Assembly: GCA_963749495.1 (NCBI GenBank)
Contig: CAVVMW010000018.1
Span: 352,001-416,000, forward strand
Length of the DNA stretch: 64,000 bases
Reading direction: 5' to 3'
DNA from: an uncultured bacterium
Lineage (GTDB): Bacteria; Verrucomicrobiota; Verrucomicrobiia; Limisphaerales; UBA8199
A program made the translations under genes and the position numbers. The stretch's first letter is position 1. Every line of letters starts with the position of its first letter. Positions 34,401-48,991 of the stretch are shown piece after piece. The notes beneath the pieces were generated by a model that was not told the origin of the DNA, ran no database searches, and worked only from the letters and a program-made list of their open reading frames with translations.

Positions 34401-37400
34401 TTCCGCGGTCAACGAGACCATCGCCGTGGGCGCCTCGACCGTCGCGGTGGTCTTCTCCGATTCGGAAGTCGCCACGGTGGCCGATGCCAGCGGCAGTGAT
34501 GCCTTCCAGGCCATTGTCTTGAGCAATGCCAGCCTGAACCTGGACAACACTTTGGTCATCACGGCGAGCGAGGGATCCAACAGCGTGCCTGTGCCCAACG
34601 CCTCCAGCATCAATCTGGCCGGCGTGACGTTGACCCTCCAGATTCCGGCCGACCAGACGACGGGTCAGCCCGCGCAGGTTTTGCTCAACATCGGCGCCGG
34701 CTCCGCCGTCTATACCAGCTTCAGCGACACCGTGAGCGCCAGCAACGCCACGAGCGCGGGTTTGCCCGCGCGGGCCGACGGACAGTCCTGGGGGTCGGGC
34801 GACAAGGACCTAGTCCTGTCGAACGTCACGTTCTCGATTGGGTCGTTCGTGACCTTCTCCGCGACCTCCATCAACGTGCAGCATTACACTTACACGGACG
34901 CATCGTTGGCCACCGTCACCGTTAACAGCTTCAATTTCAGCGGCGCGAAAATCACCTTTCTGGCCAACGCGAACCCGATGGTGACCTTGACCGGCAGCCC
35001 GCAATTCCACTACAGCACCGCCGAGGGCTTCAAGCTCGATTCTTTCGGTAGCCCGGGCATTTCGTTCCTCGACCCGTCTTATTCGCTTGGGCCGATCACT
35101 GTGAAAGATCCCAGCGTCAGCCTGGATAGCTTCGACTTCAACTTCGCCTCGACTTCATCATCTCCAGGGAACGTTAACGTATCGGCGGTGGTCCACGTGA
35201 AGGCAGCGGCAGCCTCCATCGGTTCAGATACCAGTCCGATCAACGCCAGCCTGACGAATCTGGACATCAAGTTCACGGTGAGCGCCGGGTTTGACCTGCT
35301 GCATCCCCTCGCGCTGCCCACGATCAGCGCCAACGGGTTCACCGTGCAGGTCAACACGTGCGCGATAAACATCGGCACGACAAGCGATGGGTTCTCTCTG
35401 TCCCTCACCGCTGGCACCTCGGCCAACCCATTGGTGATCAACCCCACGGCCGGGGCAGGCCAGGACCTCATCAGCTTCGGGACGCTCACGGCCACGTTGA
35501 ATATCAGCGCGATCAACTTGAAGTTGACCGGCAGCGCCAGTAATTTCGCCATTGAAGGCGATGGCTCATTCCTGGCCAAGCCGGGATTTGCCATCTCGAT
35601 CACTCTCGGCGCCAGTGACGCCAGTTCGTTCTCCTGGCCATCCTGGCTCCCGCTCCAGAGCGCCTCGGTGACGCTCTCCTGGCCGGACTTCAACGCCCAT
35701 CCTGACCGGTTCCTGATCGAGCTTTCCGCCACCATTAATGCGAGTTTGGGTCCGATCAGCCTGAACGGTTCGATCACCAACGCGGTGATTGACCCGCAAT
35801 TGATCGTGCAGGGCAAGTTCCCCATCATCTCGGTTGACAGCATCGCGGTTGGTGTGTCCGGCGATCTGTTCGGCGGCAGCCTCAGCGGCACGCTCTTGGC
35901 CGGCGTGGTTCGATTCGACGCCAACGGCAATGTGGTGGACGGCCTGGGCAACCTCGTTGGTCCAAAGGGCGCGACTACCACCACCCCGGGCACCGGGCCG
36001 TTCACCAGCGCCTTTTACGCCGGCATCGCGGGCAGCTTAGACCTTGGCGGTCAGTTCGGCATGGCCATCCGCATCGGGCTGTCGGATTTTGGCCCGCTGC
36101 AATTATATGTGGAAGTGGACACGCCGATTCCGCTGGGCGACACCGGTCTGTTCATCGGGGGCTTGCGCGGGGGGATCACCTTTGGCGCCACTTTCCCGAC
36201 GTTGAATCTCACGGGGTCCCCGAGTGACGCCCTGCAATTGCGGCAGCCGGGATTCCGCACCCCCGACAGCCTCACCGCCGCGCAGTGGGAGGCCCAGTTA
36301 CGAACGCAGGTGGCCAACCTTTACCATGCCGGCGCGACCCCCGGCAGCGGCTGGAGCAGCCTCACCAGCGCGTCGGTCATCATTCAGGCGGGAGTGACGA
36401 TCTACGCGGCCAACGCGGACGTGTTCCGGGTGGATGGGGACGTGTTCTTGGACACCAGCGGAAAATTCCTGGTGATTGGCTCAGCCACGTTCGGGGACAG
36501 TCTGTCGGTCGGCGTGAAAATGTACACCGACCTGTCGCCGCTCTTCAGAGGGCAGCCCAGCATCAGCATTTTGTTCCTGATGGAGGTGCCCTCGCAGAGC
36601 AGCCCCAAGCCGATCACGCCCCCCATTTACAGCCTGTATGGCGAGGTCAGCTTCGCTTACGCCAACCAGGCCTTTCAGATGACGATCGCCGGCGCGGCGG
36701 ATCTGAACGTGCTGGGCGCATTGCAGGCCCACGCTGAGGGGACGCTGACGCTGACCTTCACCTCGAACAGCTTCACCGTCACCCTTTCCAACGCCTCGTT
36801 CAGCATCCCCACGATACAGAAGGACCCGCTCGGAGAGGCTGCCGGTACCCTGACGATCCAGACGCTCAACGGCAGCGTCAATATCTGGGGCGGTTTCCTG
36901 CTGGTGCCCGACCTGAAATGCCTGGAGGACGCAGGCATCTACGCGGGCGGCCAGGTCTTTATCAAGCTCAACACGACTGGCGATCTCAAGCAGGTGACGC
37001 TCCAAATGACCAACGGGCCGTACACCCTCAGTCTGGAGCCGCAGTCCTTCAGCCTGTTTATTAACGGCTATGCCGATTTCCAGATCAGCGGCCACGAGGT
37101 GTTTCGCTTGAGCGGCACGCTGGACATGGCGATCACCACGGACCATTTGAGCATCTTCGTCCAGGCCCAGTTGTTCCTCGGGGGGAGCGTGGACTCACAA
37201 GGCAATCTGAGCAACGCCATCCTCACCTTCAACGCCAACGGCCTGATCTACGTCCAATGGGCGGCAGCCAATGGGATTAATGCCGGCTTTGCCGCCAAGA
37301 TGACGCTCACGCTGGGCGCCAATGGTCCGCCGGGCATCTCCTTCGGCATGAATTGGCTGCTGGTCATCAACACGACCGGCTCCGACCTTACCTACTTCAT

Positions 37401-40400
37401 TCCCGTCCCGCTGCCAACCTCGCCGCCCAGCCCGCCAGTCCCCACCGTCATGGGGCCGGATTACAGCTCGAGCAACCCGTCGGCGCTGACCAGCTACGAG
37501 ATTACCAGCAACGGGCAGCGCACGCTGTTTATCCCCAATGGACCGCCCGCCAACGGCTTGGCGAGTTATGCCACGTGGACTCCCGTGCTGCCGAACACAG
37601 CCTACTTCATCGTCATTGGCCGCGGCAGCGTCACGTTGTCCAACTACTTTGTGCTCACCGGCGCCGTCAACATCACCGCCACCCTCGGCGCCTCCGGCTT
37701 CGATTTCAGCCTGCAAGCTAACGCGACCCTCAAGGTGCTGTTGAACGGCAATGCCGTCCTGTCGTTCCAAGCTATCGGCGCCCTCCAGCTCAGCAATGCG
37801 GGTGTGGCGGCGGCGCTGTCGATCAGTTACTCAGAGGGGTTCCCCGGCTTCAGCCTGAACGCTGCCTTCCTGCTTGAGTTGAATACGACCGGCGCCCCGG
37901 TCACTCTCATCGGCATCACCCTGCCGGTCGGAATCGCTCGCATACGTGCAACCGGCGACCTTAAGGTCCTGGGTGGAGTCGTGGATCTCAACGGCACTTT
38001 CGATATTACGGTGACGGCAAGCGCCCTGACTCTGGCCGTCAATGCCAATTTGACCTTCCTTAACGCCACTTTCCACGCCTCGGGGTTTGCCGGTATTTAC
38101 TACGATTCGAATCCCGGGTTGGCGCTGCGGATCCAGCTCAGTCTTCCGGGTGGCGCCCAGGGCTTCGCGCCGGTGGCCGCCTTGGGCAACAAGTTCGTCA
38201 TCAGTGGGGCATTCACCCTGGAGCTCAACACCACCAACGTGACCCGGTACGACCAGAATAACAGCGCGATCAGCCCCGGTTTCAGGGTGACGGTTTCGAA
38301 CCTGGGAGTGTACCTGTTCGGCTTTAACCTGGCGGGCAGTCTTTCGATTGGCATTTCCAGCGCGGGCTTCAGCATCAATATCTCGTATCTGACGCTCAAC
38401 CTCTTCGGCCTTGCCACGGCAACGCTCAGCGGTTACTACCACCCCAACGGCAGCTTCAGTTTCACCGGAAGCGCGGGCTTCCAGCTCGGCGATCACGTCT
38501 TCGGCATCGGCGGCAGCATCAGCGTGACGATTTCCAACAGCGGGTTCAGCGCGTCCGTCAACGGCTGGGTGGCCGCCTTCGGCGTGCAAATCAGCGGCGG
38601 CGGTGCGATCGTCATTTCGCGCGGGTCGGTGGACATTTCCGTTTACATCTACGTTGTTCTCATTCCCGCCATCCACATCCACACGCCGGCGGTAAGAGTC
38701 TGGGGCATTACGATCTGGCCTGCAATTAATATTGACATCCCGGCGGTGACGGTCGGCGGCACGGCCCACTTCCACCTCGGCAGCACCAGTCCCGCCCCCA
38801 CCGTGGCACAAGTGATCGCGGCGCCGCCCGCAGCGGCTCCGCCGGTCTTGGCGGGCGTGACCAGCGGCCAACTGGTGCTCTATCTCGGTCAGGACGTCAA
38901 CAACCGGGTGAACAGTCTGGGCCAAGTCACCGGAGCGCAGCCCGCCGAGAATTACACCCTCACCCGGGTGCCGGGCGATACCGGGACCACCAACGGCGGC
39001 GAAACCATCCAGGTGGCCGCCCTCGGGTACACTCAGAACTACCCCAACGTCACCTCGATCCTCGTCCGCAATACCCTGGATGGCAATGACGTTATCCTGA
39101 TGGACAACGGGATTGCCGTGCCGGTCAACATTACGCTGGGGACCGGGAACAGCAGCATCTCGACGGGGGCGGGGGTGGCCACCGTCAACGTGACCGGCGG
39201 CGGCGACAACCAAGTCACCACCGGTGACAACGCGAACGTCACGATCGCTGGCAACGGCAGCAACGAGGTTTCCACCGGCAGCGGCTCGATGATCAGCGTG
39301 TCCGGCAGCGGCAGCAATCGCCTCATCACCAACGGCGGCTCGGCCCCGATCACGATCTCTGGCGCCGGCAACAACGGCGTGACGATCAACGGCGCCTATT
39401 CCGGCACGTTCACCCTGACCAGCGCCGCCAGCGGGAACAACTCGCTCGACATCACCGGCGGCTCGCCAACGATTTACGTGAACGGCGGCGGCGACAACGA
39501 GATCTCTGTCAGCAGCGATTCCTCCCGCACGATTAGCGTTTCCGGCAACGGCGACAATGTCATCAGCAGCGCTGGTTCCGGCTCGACCACGGTCACAATT
39601 TCCGGCGACGGCGACAACCGGGTGACCATCGGCGGCGGCGCCTCCATTATCAGTGTAACCGGCAACGGTGCCAACCAGATCGCCACCGGCGGCGGCGCGG
39701 CCACGGTTACCCTTCTCGGCTCCGGCGACAACCAGGTCACGACCGCCGGCGGCTTCGCGACGATCAACGACGAGGGCACGGGCGGCAATACGATCCTTGG
39801 CGGCTTGGGGGGCGGCGTTTATATTGGCGGCCTGGACCCCTACGGCTCGCCGTTTGCCGCCAAGGGTGATTCCAGCGTCTCGACCTCCTACGGCAACTTC
39901 TCCGTCCGGGTCTCCGGCTACTCGTCTTATACCCTCGCCGACTACGGGCTGAGCTACGGTTCGTTCAGCCTCTCGCTTAGCGGCGTAGGTTCAGCGATCC
40001 TGAGCGCGGGTTCCAGCGCCACCGCCAATCAGTTCTCGCTCGCCGGTTGGTCCGGTTCGGCCACACTGAACGGGCAGGGAACGAGCAATGCTCTCCTCTA
40101 TGTGCCGGCCGATTCCATGAGCGGCTTGAACTACGTCCTTACGAACTCCTCGCTGCAAGTCACCGGCGGCCTGACCCAGACCATCGCGCTCTCCAACATC
40201 CAGACCGCAAACCTGGTCGGCGCCAACGCCGGCACGAACACTTACGACGTCTCCGGCTGGACGGGCGGCGGCGGGTTGGACGGACCCGCCGGAGCGACGA
40301 ACACGGTGAAAGCGACAGATGACGTCAACTTCGCCGTGTCTGACACGACCTTGAGCCGCACAGGTTTCACCGACTTGACCCTTCTTGGCATCCAGAACGC

Positions 40401-43400
40401 CGTCCTGGCTGGGGGCGCAAGTTCCAATACCTTTACCGCCTCGAACTGGAGCGGCAGCGCCACCTTCGATGGTGCCGGCGGCAGCGACACCTACAACTTG
40501 ACGCTCAGCGGCTCGGGCACCGGCATCTTCGCCGTGGCCGACTCAGGGCCGGCAGCGGGCGACACGCTGAACATCACCTGCGGGCGCACCACCTTCGTCA
40601 CCTCGGCCCAGGTGAAGGTCGGGACCCAGCACGTCAGTTACAGCGGCATTGCTATTTTGAACGTCAACGGCTCCGTCGGTGGCTTGACCTACAACGTCCA
40701 AAGCACCAGTGCCAGCGTGACGACCACTGTTGGGACCACCGGCAGCTCGAATGTGATCAACGTTGGCAGCACGGCGGGGCTGCTCCCGACAACGCCTGGA
40801 GTCGTCAACAACATCGCGGGAACCTTGAATCTTGTTGGCGGCGGCCAGGACACTCTGAACGTGGATGACACCGCCAGCAGCACCGCCAAGACTGGGACGT
40901 TGACGCCCACCGCGCTCATCGGGCTCGGCATGGGGGCCAGCGGCATCAATTATCAGGGTTTGTCCGCCCTGAACCTTCAACTTGGTTCAGGTGGAAATAC
41001 GTTCAACATCCATGACATCAACACCGCTACCCACACCACCGTCAATGGCGGCAGTTCGAACAACGACACGGTGAACGCGACGTTCGCGGCCGACTTCAAC
41101 GGGCGGCTGGACCTCACTGCCTTCGAGCATGGGTCAGTGAGTGTGGTCGGCAACTTCAACGGCGCCATGACTGATACCGGTCCGGGCCACCTGGAATCAG
41201 TGCAGCTCGGCCAGTCGCTCGCCGCGTCGGGAACCCTGACCGCCGGAGGCATTGACTCGATGAACGTAGGTCTGGATGTGGTCGGGACCGTCACCGTCTC
41301 CGGCGCGCTCACGAATCTCGCCGTGGCTGGCAACCTTTCCGGCTCCGTTACTGAAACCGGCGTAGTCGCCCAACTGACCATCACCGGTAGCTTCACAGCC
41401 GCCGGCACGATCACCGTCTCCAATGCCTCACCGGCGCTGGCGGACATCACCACGATGTCCGTTGGTCGGAACCTGGCCGGCACGCTCCTCGTGACGGGCA
41501 ACGTGACTACGCTGAACGTTGGCAGCGGCGCCACGGACGCCCTCAGCGGCAGTGTCACGGTGAACGCTACGCTCATCACCCTTAGCGTCACGGGCGACGT
41601 CTCCGGGAAAGTCACTGAGTCCGGCACGATCAATCTCCTGACAATCGGCGGCTCATTGACAGCGACCGGCGTAATCACCGCCTTCAACACCGCGGATTCG
41701 ACCCAGGTGCCGTTACCGGACCCGACAACCCTGGGCAATATCAATACGTTCACGGTCGGCCATGACCTGGCCGGGAAGGTGATCCTCTCAGGAGACCTGG
41801 GCACGCTGACGGTGGGCGGCAATCTCAGCGGCACGGTCACGGTCCAAGACACGCTGACGACAATGGCTGTGACCGGCGACGTCTCCGGTACGGTGACAGA
41901 GTCCGGCACCATCAACTCGCTGACGATCGGCGGCTCATTGACAGCGACCGGCGTAATCACCGCCTTCAACACCGCGGATTCGACCCAGGTGCCGTTACCG
42001 GACCCGACGACCCTGGGCAATATCAATACGTTCACGATCGGCCATGACTTAGCCGGAAAGGTGTTTGTCAGCGGAAACTTGGCCACGCTGACGGTGGGCG
42101 GCAATCTCAGCGGCACGGTCACGGTCCAAGACACCCTGACGACATTGGCTGTGACTGGCGACGTCTCCGGTACGGTGACAGAGTTCGGCACGATCACCTC
42201 GCTGACGATCGGCGGCTCGCTGACGGCAACCGGCGTGATCACCGCGGCCAACACCGCCGATCCGGCGCAGGTACCAGGGCCGACCTCAGGCAACATCAAC
42301 ACCATGACCGTCGGCCATGACCTCTTCGGCGTGCTCACGGTCACGGGCAACGTGACTACTCTGAACGTCGGCAGCGGCGCCACGGACGCCCTCAGCGGCG
42401 GGGTCACGGTTAACGGTACCCTCACCACCCTCAGCGTGACGGGCGACGTCTCCGGGAAGGTCACTGAGTCCGGTACACTCAACCTCCTGACGATCGGCGG
42501 CTCGTTGACGGCGAACGGCATCATCACCGCTGCCAACACCGCTGACCCGGCTCAAGTGCCGGGGGCGGCCCTGGGCAACATCAATACCTTCAACATCGTC
42601 GATGATCTGGCCGGGAAGGTGACCGTCACTGGAAACCTGATCACGCTGACGGTGGGTTCGCTGCCGGTACTCGGCAATCTGAGCGGAACGGTTTCGGTCC
42701 ATAACACTCTGACGACGGTGAAGGTGACGGCCAACGTCTCCGGGACGGTGACGGAATCCGGCACGATCAACCTCCTGACGATTGGCGGCTCATTGACAGC
42801 GAGCGGCGTAATCACCGCCTTCAACACCGCGGATCCGACCCGGGTGCCGTCACCGGACCCGACGACCCTGGGCAATATCAATACGTTCACGATCGGCCAT
42901 GACTTAGCCGGAAAGGTGTTTGTCAGCGGAAACTTGGCCACGCTGACGGTGGGCGGCAATCTCAGCGGCACGGTCACGGTCCAAGACACCCTGACGACAT
43001 TGGCTGTGACCGGCGACGTCTCCGGTACGGTGACAGAGTCCGGCACGATCACCTCGCTGACGATCGGCGGCTCGCTCACGCTCGGCGCCACAATCACTGC
43101 GTCCAACCTGCCGCACGATCCGTCGCAGTTGCCGCTGGCCGGCGGCAGCACCTTGGCCAACATCACGAAGATGTCCGTCGGCCAAGACCTGGCCGGCACA
43201 CTCCTGGTCACGGGCAACGTGACTACCCTGAGCGTCGGCAGCGGCCGCACGGACGCCCTCAGCGGCGGGGTCACGGTTAACGGTACCCTCACCACCCTCA
43301 GCGTGACGGGCGATGTCTCCGGCTCGGTCTTCGAGACTGGCACGATCAATTCCCTGAGCATTACCGGTTCGCTCACCTCGACGGGCACGATCACCGCGAA

Positions 43401-46400
43401 GAACACCCAGGATTCGCCGCAGGTACCGGTCAGCGGGCCGGTCACGCTTGCCAACATCAACACCTTCTCGATGGGCCATGACCTGGCCGGCACGGTCACG
43501 GTCACGGGCAACCTCGGGACGCTCCCCAATAATCTGGGAGGCATGACGGTCGGCACTACCGCGGCCGACTCCCTCGGCGGCACGGTTGCGGTTGGCAATA
43601 CCCTGACCAACCTGACCGTCACGGGCGACGTCTCCGGGAGGGTCACTGAGTCCGGCACAATCAACCTCCTGACGATCGGCGGCTCATTGACGGCGAACGG
43701 CATCATCACCGCTGCCAACACCGCTGACCCGGCTCAAGTGCCGGGGGCGGCCCTGGGCAACATCAATACCTTCAACATCGTCGATGATCTGGCCGGAAAG
43801 GCGACCGTCACTGGAAACCTGATCACGCTGACGGTGGGTTCGCTGCCGGTACTCGGCAATCTGAGCGGAACGGTTTCGGTCCATAACACTCTGACGACGG
43901 TGAAGGTGACGGCCGACGTCTCCGGGACGGTGACGGAATCCGGCACGATCAACCTCCTGACGATTGGCGGCTCATTGACAGCGAGCGGCGTAATCACCGC
44001 CTTCAACACCGCGGATCCGACCCGGGTGCCGTCACCGGACCCGACGACCCTGGGCAATATCAATACGTTCACGATCGGCCATGACTTAGCCGGAAAGGTG
44101 TTTGTCAGCGGAAACTTGGCCACGCTGACGGTGGGCGGCAATCTCAGCGGCACGGTCACGGTCCAAGACACCCTGACGACATTGGCTGTGACCGGCGACG
44201 TCTCCGGTACGGTGACAGAGTCCGGCACGATCACCTCGCTGACGATCGGCGGCTCGCTCACGCTCGGCGCCACAATCACTGCGTCCAACCTGCCGCACGA
44301 TCCGTCGCAGTTGCCGCTGGCCGGCGGCAGCACCTTGGCCAACATCACGAAGATGTCCGTCGGCCAAGACCTGGCCGGCACACTCCTGGTCACGGGCAAC
44401 GTGACTACCCTGAGCGTCGGCAGCGGCCGCACGGACGCCCTCAGCGGCGGGGTCACGGTTAACGGTACCCTCACCACCCTCAGCGTGGCGGGCGATGTCT
44501 CCGGCTCGGTCTTCGAGACTGGCACGATCAATTCCCTGAGCATTACCGGTTCGCTCACCTCGACGGGCACGATCACCGCGAAGAACACCCAGGATTCGCC
44601 GCAGGTACCGGTCAGCGGGCCGGTCACGCTTGCCAACATCAACACCTTCTCGATGGGCCATGACCTGGCCGGCACGGTCACGGTCACGGGCAACCTCGGG
44701 ACGCTCCCCAATAATCTGGGAGGCATGACGGTCGGCACTACCGCGGCCGACTCCCTCGGCGGCACGGTCGCGGTTGGCAATACCCTGACCAACCTGACCG
44801 TCACGGGCGACGTCTCCGGGAGGGTCACTGAGTCCGGCACAATCAACCTCCTGACGATCGGCGGCTCATTGACGGCGAACGGCATCATCACCGCTGCCAA
44901 CACCGCTGACCCGGCTCAAGTGCCGGGGGCGGCCCTGGGCAACATCAATACCTTCAACATCGTCGATGATCTGGCCGGAAAGGCGACCGTCACTGGAAAC
45001 CTGATCGCGCTGACGGTGGGCGGTAATCTCAGCGGCACGGTTACGGTCCAAAACACCCTGACGAACTTGGCTGTGACGGGCGACGTCTCGGGAACGGTGA
45101 CCGAGTCCGGCACGATCAACCTCCTGACGATTGGCGGCTCATTGACAGCGACCGGCGTGATCACCGCCTTCAACACCGCGGATTCGACCCAGGTGCCATT
45201 ACCGGACCCGACGACCCTGGGCAATATCAACACGTTCACGATCGGCCACGACCTGGCCGGGAAGGTGATCCTCTCCGGAGACCTGAGCACGCTGACAGTG
45301 GGCGGCAATCTCAGCGGCACGGTTACGGTCCAAGACACGCTGACGACATTGGCTGTGACCGGCGACGTCTCCGGTACGGTGACAGAGTCCGGCACGATCA
45401 ACTCGCTGACGATCGGCGGCTCATTGACAGCGACCGGCGTGATCACCGCCTTCAACACCGCCGACCCGACCCAGGTGCCGTCACCGGACCCAACAACCCT
45501 GGCCAACATCAATAGGTTCACGATCGGCCATGACCTGGCCGGAAAGGTGATCGTCTCCGGCAACCTGGTCACGCTGACGGTGGGCGGCAATCTCAGCGGC
45601 ACGGTTACGGTCCAAAACACGCTGACGACATTGGCTGTGACCGGCGATGTCTCGGGAACGGTGACCGAGACCGGCACCGTCAGTCTCCTGGCCATCGGCG
45701 GCTCGCTCACCCAAACCGGCCTGATCCAGGCGGTGAATAGAATTCCCACTCTTGGCAATATCAACTCGATGAGCGTCGGGCAGAATTTCGCCGGGACGCT
45801 GATTGTTTCCGGCACATTAGGCAGCCTGGCCATTGTGAACGGCTCGATGACGCCCACGGCCAGCCTTACGGTCGGCGCTCTTGGCGCGACGACGATTGGG
45901 CCTAACTACCTCAGCGTGGGGCAGAACATGGCGGGTCGAATCACCGTGCTGGGCACCCTCCAGAGTTTGCGGGTTGCGGGCGGGACACCGGGTTCCATCA
46001 TCGCCGGCCACGTCGGAACCATCTCCGTCTATGGCGGTTTTGGCCCGGTCGTGCTCAACGTGACGGAGAATGGAATTCAGCGGCTGGTCGAAGCCACGAC
46101 GCCGAGCACGCCCTATCCGCTGCCCAATCCCTACTCGGCCGCGCTGGCCCCCGGTCAAACGGGCTACGTCAATTTCCAGTTCTACTACGACTCCGGCAGC
46201 CTCCCGAACCCGCAACTCACAGCCCGCGTCACCAACGGTGTCGGCACCGCCCGGGACCAGTACGACTTCAGCCTCCTCACCTACAACGACGGCGCGAAGT
46301 TTAACCTGGCACGGCTCGACGCCTCCGGCGTGTCCGGAATCCGCAACGTCGTGGTGGAAGGCGACCTCCTGACGTCGGTGACCGCCCAGGCCTCGAGTTT

Positions 46401-47838
46401 CTTCAGTGGAGACTCGAACCGGGCCGGAATCCGTCTTCCCAGCGACAACCTGGCCGGCGTCAGCATCCGCGACTTTGCCCCCAACGGATTCATCCAGGCC
46501 CGTTCGATTCAGGCGATGGCCTTCGGGTCCTTCTTGGACGGCAACAAGCTCCAGACGGGGGCCAACGCAAATGGGGAGGACGCGGAGGAACTCCTAACCG
46601 GCGGCACGCAGATCGTCCAGGCGGCCGACACGCTTCGGGTTGCATTCGCCGACCTTCCCAGCCAGCAGGCGGCCCTTTTCATCGCAACCGATGAGAATGG
46701 CCGTCACTTCGATAACGACAGCGTGACCTTCGTGGTTCAGAGCGTCGCCACGGCGAATGCGGCGGGGACGGCCAATATCGTGACGCCGAGCAATGTCCCT
46801 CGCGGCGCCGACACGGCGCTGGTCACCGTGATGCCAACCCACGACCACCACGGCAACCTGGAGGGCTCCGTCATCCAAACGATCGCGATCCGCGGCGACG
46901 GCGCATCCATCGAGACCCAGCAATGGATTTCACAGTCGATCACCAGTACCGGACCGCTGGGCGATCTCATCCTCCTGTCCAACCAGGGAATCACAGATGT
47001 CACGGCCTCCAGCATCTTTGGTTCGATCATTTCCGGCGGGGCGATAATTGGAACGATCCAGACCACCGGCATCCGCACCGATCCAATCACCGGGGCCACG
47101 TCTTCGGTGAGCGCTGACTTTGGCAATCTCTACGTGTCGACCTCGAACGAAGGGCCGGGCAACGAAGGGCGGTGGAATGAAGGGCCGTGCTTGACGACCA
47201 CAGTCGTGGAAACCCAATGCGGAGGCGTCAGCGGTCGAATCATCAGCCGCGGCAGCTTGGTCAGCCAAATCACCTCGGGTGGCGACCTCAGCGGCGTGAT
47301 CGCGGTTCAAGGCAATCTCGGCCTGAACCGGACGGTCGCGGGCCAGAACATGCGCTTCGGCGGCATCGTCTCCAATGGGCCGGTAAGCGGTTCCGTCGTG
47401 ATCCTCGGCCAGCAGATCGCGGATGTCACGATTAACGGTGGCCTCAATGGCGGCCACTATGCGGTGGAGGGTGGAATTCTCGGCAATCTCCTGATCAACG
47501 GCGGGCTTGATGCTCTGTCCGCGCTCGTTTCCGGCGGCCAAATCGGCGCCTCTGCCCTCGGCACGACCCTGACAGTGAACGGCGACAACAAGGGGATCAT
47601 TGCCGCCGCCGGGAACATTGTTTTCGGAAAGCACGCGCCGAAGGGCTACGTCTTCAATCAGGTCGGAACCAACCTGCAGAATCCGAATGCGGCAGCACTC
47701 CGCGCGATCTTCACCAACAACAACCTCCCCTTGGCCCTTGATGTCAGCGGCCTCGATTTACAGGGGCTCACGTTGATCCTGCTCGACCTGCAAAGCCTCA
47801 GGGTGGCCAATGGGACCCTGGCCGGGCCGGTCCCGTAA
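28458..47838 (+). CDS. Giant (~6,460 aa) LEPR-xLL-leader exoprotein/adhesin; one frameshift at ~32739 joins ORFs 28458..32783 and 32767..47838
   Basis: N-terminal 'FRLEELEPRVMLS' and no hydrophobic Sec signal; Gly/Thr/Ser-rich beta repeats. The repeat 'GLD.ST..G.P....T.GG.V.LDFSGLG' continues across the junction if one base is removed. Confidence 0.88.
41430..45750 (+). repeat. Intragenic tandem repeats including a near-identical 1,182-bp duplication
   Basis: Antisense shadow ORFs 42552-43721 and 43734-44903 are almost identical (offset 1,182); the unit 'TLTVGGNLSGTVTV..TLT.L.VTGDVSG.VTESGTI..LTIGGSLT' recurs many times. Confidence 0.95.
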
Positions 47839-47872
47839 GATCTCAAATAGGGTTGCAGGAGTTGTTATTCTC

Positions 47873-48271
47873 TCGTGACCCAGAACCCGCCCCCCTGCAG
47901 GACAAAACCCGGCACACAACGGTGCAGCAGACTGTTCGTATAGGCTCCACTCCGCACGTAGAGCAGGAAATTGCGGACCGTCTCCGGTTTCTCCTGGTCG
48001 AAAAGCTCCACGTTGATCCGGCCCACCCGATTCGTGCCCTGCAAGAAGTCGAAGACCACAACCGTGTTCGCCGCGTTGGTGTCCGAAGGAGCCCCTGCCC
48101 GGAGGCCAACCTCCTGCATCAGCCCCGGAACCAACAACAAACACAGCCAACTCCATCGGCACGCTGCGCGCCAACAGGGGTCGCACCGGAGGATCGTGCG
48201 CTTCATTGTCCAGTCGTCGTCTGCCCATTCTTCTAGCCCCTGCACTCCTGCAAAGGCAATCAAAAACAGCT
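47873..48271 (-). pseudogene. Direct repeat copy 2: truncated duplicate of the PPIase gene 5' end and upstream region
   Basis: Same protein sequence (MKRTILR...VLQGGGF) for ~108 codons, then diverges and stops at 47865. Confidence 0.9.
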
Positions 48272-48279
48272 CCCCAACC

Positions 48280-48419
48280 GTGCCTAAAACTGTGCCTGAC
48301 TCAGTACTGCCGGAGTGCTTGGCAGCCCAAACGCAGAGCTTTTGTTGAGCACTTTGGAGAAAAATGTTAGTTGGCGGTGGATTTGACCGCAAAAAGTCCT
48401 ATTCCGGCCTCCGCCTCCA
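48280..48419 (+). mobile_element. att-like junction 1: arm-type direct repeat plus tRNA 3'-end fragment
   Basis: gtgcctaaaactgtgcct (48280-48297) ~105 bp before attccggcctccgcctcca (48401-48419), which resembles a T-arm/acceptor end with CCA. Confidence 0.6.
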
Positions 48420-48991
48420 AGTACTGACCGGGTAGTGGACGAGTAGGCCAGAGTAGTGGGCGGGTAGTCCCAAAACGGCACCGTTGTTGCCTCAGACCTC
48501 ACTTCGTTCACCTCTTGCTGCAATTATCTAGCCACCAACGTATTGCAGGGCTGAAAGAACTCATTTGGGCCGGGAGGCGTCGGTTGGAAACCGACTCTCG
48601 CCTCCACCTGGGAAGTCCGCAGAAATGCTCCGAAATGCTCCGAAAGAGGCGATGTCTCGGGAGCAGAGGATTCTCCCTCCCCGGGCAGACTGTGATCGTC
48701 CGTTACAGCGCCGACGCCCCATCTTCGGAACCTGATTTACCAATTGGAGGGTTTGGTTGCGCAGCCTGCGAGTGCCGTATGCCGGGCAATTCATCGCAGG
48801 GCGCACCCTGCCCCATTAGCTTAACCCTGTGGCGGCTCCGCTCCGCTCGATCGGGTTCCTGGCCTCTGTCCTTCACGATTCCGTAAGAGCGATTTGACTT
48901 GCAGGAGGACAGCCTCAAGATTCTTAGACAAAGGGCCCGACCAGCGGCGCTTTATGGCTGAAATCGCGTGAATAGCGGTTCCACAAATGAG

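Noticed and set aside
39100..39800. Canonical RTX repeats in the giant protein
   Set aside because: Repeats such as GGGDNQV and GNGDNVI are only RTX-like and do not match GGxGxDxL well enough to call.
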